The notes beneath the pieces were generated by a model. That model did not search any database and was not told the origin of the DNA. It saw only the letters and a list, made by a program, of their open reading frames with translations. The position numbers and the translations under genes were made by a program. This document shows positions 32,801 through 46,800 of a stretch of DNA of 64,000 nt, piece after piece. The DNA comes from the human T2T-CHM13v2.0 reference genome, Homo sapiens, in the NCBI RefSeq assembly GCF_009914755.1, contig NC_060928.1; one strand, 5' to 3'. Numbering within the stretch: the first letter of the stretch is position 1; every line of letters starts with the position of its first letter.

Positions 32801-35800
32801 TCCATTTCATTCCATTCCCCTCGGGTTGATTCCAGTCCGTTCCTTTCCATTTCATTCCATTCCATTCCACTCCATTCCATTCCATTCCATTCCATTCCAT
32901 TCCATTCCATTCCAATCCATTCCATTCCACTCCACTCCGGTTGATTCCATTCCATTCCATTCCATTCCATTCCGTTCCGTTCCGTTCCGTTCCATTCCAT
33001 TCCATTCCATACCATTCCACTCGGGTTGATTCCATACCATTCCATTCCATTCCACTCGGGTTGATTCCATTCCATTCCATTCCATTCCATTCCATTCCAT
33101 TCCATTCCATTCCATTCCATTCGTGTTGATTCCATTGCATTCCATTCCATTCCACTCCATTCCATTCCATTTCATTCCATTCCAGTTGATTCCATTCCTT
33201 TCCATTCCATTCCTTTCCATTCCATTCCATTCCATTCTACTCGGTTTGATTCCATTCCATTCCATTTCATTCCATTCGATTTCATTCCACTGGTGTTTAT
33301 TCCATTCCACTCCATTCCATTCCATTCCATTCCATTCGGGTTTATTCCATTTCATTCCATTCCATTCCATTCCATTGCATTCCATTCCTTTCCATTCTAT
33401 TCCATTCCATTCCATTCCATTTGTGTTGATTCCATTCCATTCCATTCCACTGCATTCCAACCCATTACATTGCACTCGGGTTGAATCCTTTCCATTCCAT
33501 TCCAATGCATTCCCTTTCATTCAATTCCACTCGGATTCAATCAATTCCATTCTATTCCATTCCGTTCTGTTCCACTCCATTCCATTGCATTCCATACCAT
33601 TCCATTCCACTCGGGTTGATTCCATTGAATTCCATCCCATTCCATTCCATTCCATTCTATTGCATTCCATTCCATTCCATTCCATTCCACTCGTGTTGAT
33701 TCCCTTCCATTCCATTCCATTCCATTCCACTTGTGTTGATTCCATTCCGTTCCTTTCGATTACATTCCATTCCATTGCATTCCATTCCATTCCATTCCAT
33801 TCCGTTCCATTCCATTCGTGTTGATGCCATTCCAATCCATACCATTCCATTCCATTCCATTCCGTTCCATTCCTTTCGTGTTGATTCCATTCCATTCCAT
33901 TCCACTCCATTCCAATCCATTACATTCCACTCGGGTTGTATCCATTCCTTTCCATTCCAATCCATTCCATTCCTTTCCAATCCATTCCATTCCATTCAAT
34001 TCCACATGGATTCATTCTATTCTTTCCATTCCATTCCGTTCTGTTCCATTCCAGTCCATTCCATTAGATACCATTCCATTCCACTCGGGGTGATTCCATT
34101 CAATTCCATTAAATTCCGTTCAATTCCATTGCATTCCATTCCATTCCATTCCACTCGGGTGGATTCCATTCCATTCCATTCCATTCCATTCCATTCCATT
34201 CCATTCCATTCCATTCCACTCGGGTTGATTCCAGTCCGTTCCTTTCCATTTCATTCTATTCCATTCCATTCCATTCCATTCCAATCCATTCCATTCCACT
34301 CCACTCCGGTTGATTCCATTCCATTCTATTCCATTCCATTCCATTCCATTCCATTCCATTCCATTCCATTCCATTCCATTCCACTCGGGTTGATTCCATT
34401 CCATTCCATTCCATTCCATTCCACTCCATTCCATTCCATTCCTTTCAACTCCTTTCCATTCCATTCCATTCCATTCCACTTGGGTTGATTCCTTCCATTC
34501 CATTCCACTCCACTCGGGTTGATTCCATTCCATTCCATTCCATTCCATTCCATTCCATTCCATTCCATTGCGTTCCATTCCATTCCATTGCATTCCATTC
34601 CATTCCATTCTACTCGTGTTGATTCCCTTCCATTCCATTCCATTCCATTCCACTTGGGTTGATTCCATTCCGTTCCTTTCCATTTCATTCCATACCATTC
34701 CATTCCATTCCATTCCATTCCATTCCATTCCGTTCCATTCCATTTGTGTTGATTCCATTCCAGTCCATTCCACTCCATTCCAATCCATTACATTCCACTC
34801 GGGTTGAATCCATTCCTTTCCATTCCAATCCATTCCAGTCCTTTCCAATCCATTCCATTCCATTCAATTCGACTTGGATTCAATCATCTATTTTTTCCAT
34901 TCCATTCCGTTCTGTTCCATTCCAGTCCATTGCATTAGATACCATTCCATTCCACTCGGGATGATTTCATTCAATTCCATTATATTCCATTCAATTCCAT
35001 TGCATTCCATTCCATTCCATTCCACTCGGGTTGATTCCATTCCGTTCCTTTCCATTTCATTCCATTCCATTCCATTCCGTTCCATTCCATTCCATTCCAT
35101 TCCATTCCATTCCACTCCATTAAATTCCACTCCACTCCGGTTGATTCCATTCCATTTCATTCCATTCCATTTCACTCGAGTTGATTCCATTCCATTCCAT
35201 TCCATTTTATTCCATTCCATTCCATGAAATTCCATTCCATTCCACTCCACTCAGGTTGATTCCTTTCCATTCCATTTCATTCCATTCCTTTCCATTCCAT
35301 TCCATTCCACTCCACTCCACTCCATTCCATTCCATTCCACTCGGGTTGATTCCATTCCATTCCATTCCAATCCATTCCATTCCATTCCATTCCATTCCAT
35401 TCCATTCCATTCGGGTTCATTCCATTCCATTCCATTCCATTCCATTCCATTCCACTCGTGTTGTTTCCATTCCATTCCTTTCAATTTCATTCTATTCCAT
35501 TCCATTCCATTCCATTCCATTCTATTCCATTCCACTCGGGTTGATTCCATACCATTCTATTCCATTCCATTCCATTCAATTCCGTTCCATTCCATTCCAT
35601 TCCATTCCATTAAATTCCACTTGGGTAGATTCCATTCCATTCCATTCCATTCCATTCCATTCCATTCCATTCCATTCCTTTAGTTTCTAATCGGGTTGAT
35701 TCCAATCCATTCCATTATATTCAAGTCCTTTCCATTCCCTGCCATTCCACTCGGGTTGTTTCCATTTTGTTGTATTCCATTCCATTCCATTCCATTGCAT

Positions 35801-38800
35801 TGCATTCCACTCTGGTTGTTTCCATTCCATTCCATTAGTTTCCATTCCATTCCATTCCTTTCCTTTCCATTCCATTCCATTCCATTCCTTTCCACTCAGG
35901 GTGATTCAATTCCGTTCCATTCCAATGCATTCCATTCCAGTTGATAACATAGCATTGTATTCTTTCCATTCCATTCCTTTCCATTCCATTACATTACATT
36001 CCACTCGGTTTGATTCATCTCCATTCCATTCCATTCCATTCCATTCCATTCCATTCCATTCCATACCATTCCACCAAAGTTGATTGCATGCTATTCCATT
36101 CCATTCCATTCCATTCCATTCCATTCCATTCCATTCCATTCCATTCCACTTGGGTTGATTCCATTCCATTCAATTCCGTTCCGTTCCGTTCCGTTCCGTT
36201 CCATTCCATTCCATTCTGTTCCATTCCATTTCATTCCATTGCATTCCACTCAGGTTGATTCCATTCCATTCCATTCCATACCCTTCGGGTTGATTCCTTC
36301 CCATTCCATTCCATTCCATACCATTCCACTCCATTCCGTTCCATTCCATTCGGGTTGATTCTGTTCCATTCCATTCCCTTTTATTCCATTCCATTCCATT
36401 CCTTTCCATTCCATTCCATACCATTCCACCAAAGTTGATTGCATGTTATTCCGTTCCATTCCTTTCCATTCCATTCCATACCATTCCACCAAAGTTGATT
36501 GTATGTTATTCCATTCCATTCCATTCCATTCCATTCCATTCCATTCCATTCCATTCCACTCGGATTGATTCCATTCCATTCAATTCCGTTCCGTTCCGTT
36601 CCATTCCATTCCATTCCATTTCATTCCATTGCATTAAACTCGGGTTGATTCCATTCCATTCCTTTTCATTCCATTCCGTTCCATTCCATTACATTCCATA
36701 CCCTTCAGTTTGATTCCTTTCCATTCCATTCCATTCCATTCTATTCCATTCCATTCCATTCCATACCATTCCACCAAAGTTGATTGCATGTTATTCCATT
36801 CAATTCCATTCCATTCCTTTCCACTCGGGTTGATTCCATTCCATTCAATTCCGTTCCGTTCTGTTCCATTCCATTCCATTGCATTAGATACCATTCCATT
36901 CCACTCGGGATGATTCCATTCAATTCCATTATATTCCGTTCAATTCCATTGCATTCCATTCCATTCCATTTCACTCGGGTGGATTGCATTCCATTCCATT
37001 CCATTCCATTCCATTCCACTCGGGTTGATTCCATTCCGTTCCTTTCCATTTCATTCCATTCCATTCCATTCCATTCCATTCCATTCCATTCCATTCCATT
37101 CCATTCCACTCCATTAAATTCCACTCCACTCCGGTTGATTCCATTCCATTTCATTCCATTCAATTTCACTCGAGTTGATTCCATTCCATTCCATTCCATT
37201 TTATTCCATTCCATTCCATGAAATTCCATTCCATTCCACTCCACTCGGGCTGATTCCTTTCCATTCCATTTCATTCCATTCCTTTCCATTCCATTCCATT
37301 CCACTCCACTCCATTCCATTCCATTCCACTCGGGTTGATTCCATTCCATTCCATTCCAATCCATTCCATTCCATTCTATTCCATTCCATTCCATTCAATT
37401 CCGTTCCATTCCATTCCATTCCATTCCATTCCATTCCATTAAATTCCATTCCATTCCATTCCACTTTGGTAGATTCCATTCCATTCCATTCCATTCCATT
37501 CCTTTAGTTTCTAATCGGGTTGATTCCAATCCATTCCATTATATTCAAGTCCTTTCCATTCCATGCCATTCCACTCGGGTTGTTTCCATTTTGTTGTATT
37601 CCATTCCATTCCATTCCATTGCATTCAATTCCATTGCATTCCATTCCACTCTGGTTGTTTCCATTCCATTCCATTAGTTTCCATTCCATTCCATTCCTTT
37701 CCTTTCCATTCCATTCCATTCCATTCCTTTCCACTCAGGGTCATTCAATTCCGTTCCATTCCAATGCATTCCATTCCAGTTTATACCATTGCATTGTATT
37801 GTTTCCATTCCATTCCTTTCCATTCCATTACATTACATTCCACTCGGTTTGATTCATTTTCATTCCATTCCATTCCATTCCATACCATTCCACCAAAGTT
37901 GATTGCATGCTATTCCATTCCATTCCATTCCATTCCATTCCATTCCATTCCATTCCATTCCATTCCATTCCATTCCACTTGGGTTGATTCCATTCCATTC
38001 AATTCCGTTCCGTTCCGTTCTGTTCCATTCCATTCCATTCTGTTCCATTCCATTTCATTCCATTGCATTCCACTCAGGTTGATTCCATTCCATTCCTTTC
38101 CATTCCATTGCATTCCATTCCATTCCATTCCATTCCATTCCATTCCATACCCTTCGGGTTGATTCCTTCCCATTCCATTCCATTCCATACCATTCCACTC
38201 CATTCCATTCCATTCCATTCGGGTTGATTCTGTTCCATTCCATTCCCTTTTATTCCATTCCATTCCATTCCATTCCATTCCATTCCATACCATTCCACCA
38301 AAGTTGATTGCATGTTATTCCATTCCATTCCTTTCCATTCCATTCCATACCATTCCACCAAAGTTGATTGCATGTTATTCCATTCCATTCCATTCCATTC
38401 CATTCCATTGCATTCCATTCCATTCCATTCCATTCCACTCGGATTGATTCCATTCCATTCAATTCCGTTCCGTTCCGTTCCGTTGCATTCCATTCCATTC
38501 CATTTCATTCCATTGCATTCCACTCGGGTTGATTCCATTCCATTCCTTTTCATTCCATTCCGTTCCATTCCATTACATTCCATACCCTTCGGTTTGATTC
38601 CTTTCCATTCCATTCCATTCCATACCATTCCACTCCATTCCACTCCATTCCATTCGGGTTGATTCCGTTCCATTCCATGCCCTTTTATTCCATTCCATTC
38701 CATTCCATTCCATTACATTCCATTACATTCCATACCATTCCACCAAAGTTGATTGCATGTTATTCCATTCAATTCCATTCTATTCCTTTCCACTCGGGTT

Positions 38801-40643
38801 GGTTCCATTCCATTCAATTCCGTTCCGTTCCGTTCCATTCCATTCCATTTCATTCCATTGCATTCCACTCGGGTTGATTCCATTCAATTCCATTCCATTC
38901 CATACCCTTCAGGTTGATTCCTTTCCATTCCATTCCATTCCATCCCATTCCACTCCGTTTCGCTCCATTCCATTCGGGTTGATTCCGTTCCATTCCATGC
39001 CCTTTTATTCCATTCCATTGCATTCCATTCCATTCCATTCCATTCCATTCCATTCCATTCCATTCCATTCCATTCCACTCGGGTTGTTTCCATTCCATTC
39101 CTTTCCATTTCATTCTATTCCATTCCATTCCATTCCATTCTATTCCATTCCATTCCACTGCATTCCATTCCATTCCTCTCCGGTTATTCCATTCCATTCC
39201 ATTCCATCCCACTCGAGTTGTTTCCATTCCATTCCATTCCATTTTATTCCATTCCATTCCGTTCCATTACATTCCATTCTATACCATTCCACTTGGGTTG
39301 ATTTCATACCATTCTATTCCATACCATTCCAATAAATTCCATTCCATTCCATTCCACTCGGGTAGATTCCATTCCATTGCATTCCATTCCATTCCGTTCC
39401 GTTCCATTCCATTCCATTCCACTCCATTCCATTCCATTCCATTCCATTAAATTCCATTCCATTCCATTCCACTCGGGTAGATTCCATTCCATTCCATTCC
39501 ATTAGTTTCTAATCGGGTTGATTCCAATCCATTCCATTCTATTCAAGTCCTTTCTATTCCATGCCATTCCACTCGGGTTGTTTCCATTTTGTTTTATTCC
39601 ATTCCATTCCATTCCAATCCATTGCATTCCATTCCACTCGGGTTTTTTCCATTCCATTCCATTAGTTTCCATTCCATTCCATTGCTTTCCATTCCATTCC
39701 ATTCCATTCCTTTCCACTCAGGGTGATTCCATTCCATGCCCTTTTATTCCATTCCATTGCATTCCTCTCGAGTTGTTTCCATTCCATTCCATTCCATTTT
39801 ATTCCATTCCATTCCGTTCCATTACATTCCATTCTATACCATTCCACTCGGGTTGATTTCATACCATTCTATTCCATTCCATTCCATTAAATTCCATTCC
39901 ATTCCATTCCACTCGGGTAGATTCCATTCCATTGCATTCCATTCTATTCCGTTCCGTTCCATTCCATTCCATTCCATTCCATTCCATTCCATTCCATCCC
40001 ATTCCATTCCATTAAAATCCATTCCATTCCATTCCACTCGGGTAGATTCCATTCCATTCCATTCCATTAGTTTCTAATCGGGTTGATTCCAATCCATTCC
40101 ATTCTATTCAAGTCCTTTCGATTCCATGCCATTCCACTCGGGTTGTTTCCATTTTGTTGTATTCCATTCCATTCCATTCCATTCCAATCCATTGCATTCC
40201 ATTCCACTCGGGTTGTTTCCATTCCGTTCCATTAGTTTCCATTCCATTCCATTCCTTTCCATTCCATTCTATTCCATTCCTTTCCACTCAGGGCGATTCC
40301 ATTCCATTCCATTCCAATGCATTCCATTCCAGTTGATACCATTGCATTGCATTGTTTCCATGCCATTCTATTGCTTTCCATTCCATTCCACTCGTGTTGT
40401 TTCCGTTCCATTCCTTTCCATTTCATTCTATTCCATTCCATTCCATTCCATTCAATTCCATTCGATTCCACTCCATTCCATTCCATTCCTCTCCGGTTAT
40501 TCCATTCCATTGCATTCCTTCCCACTCGGGTTTTTTCCATTCCATTCGATTCCATTTTATTCCAATCCATTCCGTTCCATTACATTCCATTCTTTACCAT
40601 TCCACTCAGGTTGATTCCATACCATCCTATTCCTTTCCACTCC

Positions 40644-40855
40644 ATTAAATTCCATTCCATTCCATTCCACTCGGGTAGATTCCATTCCATTTCGTTCCAT
40701 TGCATTCCATTCCATTCCATTAAATTCCATTCCATTCCATTCCACTCGGGTAGATTCCATTCCATTTCGTTCCATTGCATTCCATTCCATTCCATTAAAT
40801 TCCATTCCATTCCATTCCACTCGGGTAGATTCCATTCCATTCCATTCCATTCCAT
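40644..40855 (+). repeat. 75 bp sub-repeat, three copies
   Basis: ATTAAATTCC...CCACTCGGGTAGATTCC starts at 40644, 40719 and 40794. Confidence 0.85.
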
Positions 40856-43800
40856 TAGTTTCTAATCTGGTTGATTCTAATCCATTCCACTATATTCAAG
40901 TGCTTTCCATTCCATGCCATTCCACTCGGATTGTTTCCATTTTGTTGTATTCCATTCCATTCCATTCCATTGCATTCCATTCCATTGCATTCCATTCCAC
41001 TTGGTTGTTTCCATTCCTTTCCATTAGTTTCCATTCCATTCCATTCCTTTCCGTTCCATTCCATTCTATTCCTTTCCACTCAGGGTGATTCCATTCCATT
41101 CCATTCCAATGCATTCCATTCCAGTTGATACCATTGCATTGCGTTGTTTCCATTCCATTCCAATCCATTCCATTCCATTCCATTCCATTCCATTCCATTC
41201 CATTCCATTTCATTCCACTCGATTTTATTCATTGCCATTCCATTCCATTCCATTCCATTCCATTCCATTTCATTCCTCTCGGGTTGATTCCATTCCATTC
41301 CATGCCCCTTTATTCCATTCCATTCCATTCCATTCCATTCCATTCCATTCCATTCCATTCCATAACATTCCACCAAAGTTGATTGCATGCTATTCCATTC
41401 CATACCATTCCATTCCATTCCATTCCATTCCATTCCATTCCATTCCATTCCATTCCTTTCCACTTGGGTTGATTCCATTCCATTCAATTCTGTTCCGTTC
41501 CATTCCGTTCCATTCCATTCCATTCCATTCCATTCCATTCCATTCCATTCCATTCCATTCCATTTCATTCCATTGCATTCCACTCGGTTTGATTCCATTC
41601 CATTCCATTCCATTCCATTCCATTCCATTCCATACACTTCGGGTTGATTCCTTTCCATTCCATTCCATTCCATACAATTCCACTCCATTCCGTTCCATTC
41701 CATTCAGGTTGATTCTGTTCCATTCCATGTCCTTTTATTCCATTCCATTCCATTCCATTCCATTCCATTCCATTCCATTCCATTCCATTCCATACCATTC
41801 CACAAAAGTTGATTGCATGTTATTCCATTCCATTCCATTCCATTCCATTCCATTCCATTCCTTTCCACTCAGTTTGATTCCATTCTATTCAATTCCGTTC
41901 TGTTCTGTTCCGTTCCATTCCATTCCATTCCATTTCATTCCATTGCATTGCACTCGAGTTGATTCCATTCCTTTCCATTCTATTCCATTCCATTCTATTC
42001 CATACCCTTCGGGTTGATTCCTTTCCATTCCATTAAATATCATTCCACTCCATTCCGCTCCATTCCATTCGGGTTGATTCCGTTCCATTCCATGCCCTTT
42101 TATTCCATTCCATTCCATTCCATTCCATTCCATTCCATTCCATTCCATTCCGTTCCATTCCATTCCGTTCCATTCCATACCCTTCAGGTTGATTCCTTTC
42201 CATTCTATTCCATTCCATACCATTCCACTCCATTCTATTCCATTCCATTTGGGTTGATTGCATTCCATTCCGTTCCGTTCCATTCCATTGCATACCATTC
42301 CACTAGGGTTGATTCCATACCATTCCATTCCATTCCATTCCATTCCATTCCATTCCATTCCATTCCATTCCACTCGTGTTGATTCCATTCCATTCCATTC
42401 CAATGCATTCCATTCCAGTTGATACCATTGAATTGCATTGTTTCCATTCCGTTCCATTCCATTCCATTCCATTCCATTCAATTCCATTCCATTCCAGTTG
42501 ATACCATTGAATTGCATTGTTTCCATTCCGTTCCATTCCATTCCATTCCATTTCATTCAATTCCATTCCTTTCCACTCGGTTTGATTCATTTCCATTCCA
42601 TTGCATTCCATTCCATTCCATTCCATACCATTCCACCAAAGTTGATTGCATGCTATTCCATTCCATTCCGTTCCATTCCATTCAATTCCATTCCTTTCCA
42701 CTTGGGTTGATTCCATTCCATTCAATTCCGTTCCGTTCTGTCCCGTTCCATTCCATTCCATTTCATTACATTTCATTCCATTGCATTCCACTAGGGTTAA
42801 TTCCATTCCATTCCTTTCCATTCCATTCCATTCCATTCCCTTCGGGTTAATTCCTTTCCATTCCATTCCATTCCATACCATTCCGTTCCATTCCATTCGG
42901 GTTGATTTGGTTCTTTCCATGCCCTTTTATTCCATTCTATTCCATTCCATTCCATTCCATTCCATACCATTCCACCAAAGTTGATTGCATGTTGTTCCAT
43001 TCCATTCCATTCCATTCCATTCCATTCCATTCCATTCCATTCCATTCCTTTCCACTCGGGTTCATTCCATTCCATTCAATTCCGTTCCGTTCCTTTCTGT
43101 TCCGTTCCATTCCATTCCATTTCATTCCATTGCATTCCACTCGGGATGATTCCATTCCATTCCATTCCATTCCATTCCATTCCATTCCATTCCATTCCCT
43201 TCGAGTTGATTCCTTTCCATTCCATTCCATTCCATTCCATTCCACTCCATTCCATTCCATTCCATTCCACTCCATTCCATTCCATTCCATTCCACTCCAT
43301 TCCATTACATTCCATTCCACTCAGGTTAATTCCGTTCCATTCCATTCCAATCCATTCCATTCCATTCAATTCCATTGGGGTCCATTCCATTCCATTCCAT
43401 TCCGTTCCGTTCCGTTCCATTCCATTCAATTCCATTCCATTGCATTCCATACCTTTCCATTCTATTCTATTCCATTCCATTCCATTCCATTCCATTCCAT
43501 GCCATTCCATTCCATTTGACTCAGGTTGATTCCGTTCCATTCCATTCCATTCCATTCCATTCCATTCCATTCCAGTTGATTCCATTGCATTCCATTCCAT
43601 TCCATTCCATTCCGTTCCATTCCATTCCATTCCATTCCATTCCATTCCATTCCTTTCCACTCGGGTTGATTCCATTCCATTCCATTCCTTTCCATTCCAT
43701 TCCATTCCGTTCCACTCGGCTTGATTCCATTCCATTCCATTCCATTTTTTCCAATCCACTCGGGTTGATTCCATTCTATTCCATTCCATTCCAGTTGATT

Positions 43801-46800
43801 CCATTCCATTCCATTCCATTCCATTCCATTCCATTCCATTCCATTCCATTCAGGTTGATTCAGTTCCTTTCCATTCCATTCCATTTCATTCCATTCCAGT
43901 TGATTCCATTGCGTTCCATTCCATTCAAATGCATTCCATTCCATTCCATTCCATTCCATTCCATTCCATTCCATTCCATTCGGGTTGATTCCATTCCATT
44001 CAATTCCATTCCATTCCAATCCATTCCATTACATTTCATTGCACTCTGGTTGATTCCATTCCATTCCATTCCAATCCATTGCATTCCGTTCCATTGCATT
44101 CGGGTTCATTCCATTCCATTCCGTTCCGTTCCATTCCATTCCATTCCATTCCAATCCATTCCATTGCATTCCATTCGTGTTGATTCCATTGCATTCCATT
44201 CCATTCCACTCCATTCCATTCCATTTCATTCCATTCCAGTTGATTCCATTCCTTTCCATTCCATTCCATTCCATTCCATTCTGTTACATTCTACTCGGGT
44301 TGATTCCATTCCATTCCATTTCATTCCATTCGATTTCATTCCACTGGTGTTTATTCCATTCCACTCCATTCCATTCCATTCCATTCGGGTTTATTCCATT
44401 TCTTTCCATTCCATTGCATTCCATTCCTTTCCATTCTATTCCTTTCCATTCCATTCCATTTGTGTTGATTCCATTCCATTCCATCCCATTCCATTCCACT
44501 CCATTACAATCCATTACATTCCACTCGGGTTGAATCCTTTCCATTCCATTCCAATTCATTCCCTTCCATTCAATTCCACTCGAATTCAATCAATTCCATT
44601 CTATTCCATTCCTTTCTGTTCCACTCCATTCCATTGCATTGCATACCATTCCATTCCACTCGGGTTGATTCCATTGAATTCCATCCCATTCCATTCCATT
44701 CCATTCCATTCTATTGCATTCCATTCCATTCCATTCCACTCGTGTTGATTCCCTTCCATTCCATTCCATTCCATTCCATTCCATTCCATTCCATTCCATT
44801 CCACTTGGGTTGATTCCATTCCATTCCTTTCCATTGCATTCCATTCCATTGCATTCCATTCCATTCCATTCCATTTCATTCCATTCTATTCCATTCCGTT
44901 CCATTCCATTCGTGTTGATGCCATTCCAATCCATACCATTCCATTCCATTCCATTCCGTTCCGTTCCATTCCTTTCGTGTTGATTCCATTCCATTCCATT
45001 CCACTCCATTCCAATCCATTACATTCCACTCGGGTTGAATCCATTCCTTTCCATTCCAATCCATTCCATTCCTTTCCAATCCATTCCATTCCATTCAATT
45101 CCACCTGGATTCAATCTATTCTTTCCATTCCATTCCGTTCTGTTCCATTGCAGTCCATTGCATTAGATACCATTCCATTCCACTCGGGATGATTCCTTTC
45201 AATTCCATTATATTCTGTTCAATTCCATTCCACTCAGGTGGATTCCATTCCATTCCATTCCATTCCATTCCATTCCATTCCATTCCACTCGGTTTGATTC
45301 CATTCCGTTCCTTTCCATTTCATTCCATTCCATTCCATTCCATTCCATTCCATTCCAATCCATTCCGTTCCACTCCACTCCGGTTGATTCCATTCCATTC
45401 CATTCCATTCCATTCCATTCCATTCCATTCCATTCCATTCCATTCCATCCCATTCGGGTTGATTCCATTCTATTCTCTTCCTTTCCATTCCATTCCATTC
45501 CGTTCCATTCCATTCGGGTTGATTCTATACCATTCCATTCCATTCTATTCCATTCCATTCCATTCCATTCCATTCCATTCCATTCCACTTCTTTCCATTC
45601 CATTCCACTCCATTACATTACATTCAATTCAACCGAGATTGATTCTATTCCATTCCATTCCAGTTGATTCCATTGGATTCAATTCTGTTCCATTCCATTC
45701 CATTCCACTCGGGTTGATTCCATTCCGTTCCTTTCCATTCCATTCCTTTCCGTTCCATTCCATTCGTGTTGATTCCATTCCATTCCACTCCAATCCATTC
45801 CATTCCATTCCAATCCATTCCATTCCATTCAATTCCACTCGCATTCAATCTATTCCATTCCATTTCATTCCGTTCTGTTCCATTCCATTCTATTGCTTTC
45901 CATACCATTCCATTCCACTCGGGATGATTCCATTCCATTCCATTATATTCCGTTCCATTCCATTCCACTCGGGTTGATTCCATTCCATTCCATTCCATTC
46001 CATTCCATTCCATTCCATTCCATTCCACTCGGTTTGTTTCCATTCCATTCCTTTCCATTTCATTCTAATCCATTCCATTCCATTCCATTCTATTCCATTC
46101 CATTCCACTCCATTCCATTCCATTCCTCTCCGGTTATTCCATTCCATTCCATTCCATTCCACTCGGGTTGTTTCCATTCCATTCCATTCCATTTTATTCC
46201 GTTCCGTTCCATTACATTACATTCTATACCATTCCACTCGGGTTGATTCCATACCATTCTGTTCCATTCCATTCCGTTCCATTCTATTCCATTAAATTCC
46301 ATTCCATTCCATTCCACTTGGGTAGATTCCATTCCATTCCATTCCATTCCATTCCATTCCATTCCATTCCATTCCATTAGTTTCTAATCGGGTGATTCCA
46401 ATCCATTCCATTATATTCAAGTCCTTTCCATTCCATGCCATTCCACTCGGGTTGTTTCCATTTTGTTGTATTCCATTCCATTCCATTCCATTCCATTCCA
46501 TTCCATTCCATTCCATTCCATTCCATTCTATTAGTTTCTAATCGGGTGATTCCAATCCATTCCATGATATTCAAGTCCTTTCCATTCCATGCCATTCCAC
46601 TCGGGTTGTTTCCATTTTGTTGTATTCCATTCCATTCCATTCCATTCCATTCCATTCCATTCCATTCCATTCCATTCCATTCCATTCCATTGCATTCCAT
46701 TCCACTCTGGTTGTTTCCATTCCGTTCCATTAGTTTCCATTCCATTCCATTCCTTTCGATTCCATTCCATTCCATTCCATTCCATTCCATTCCATTCCAT

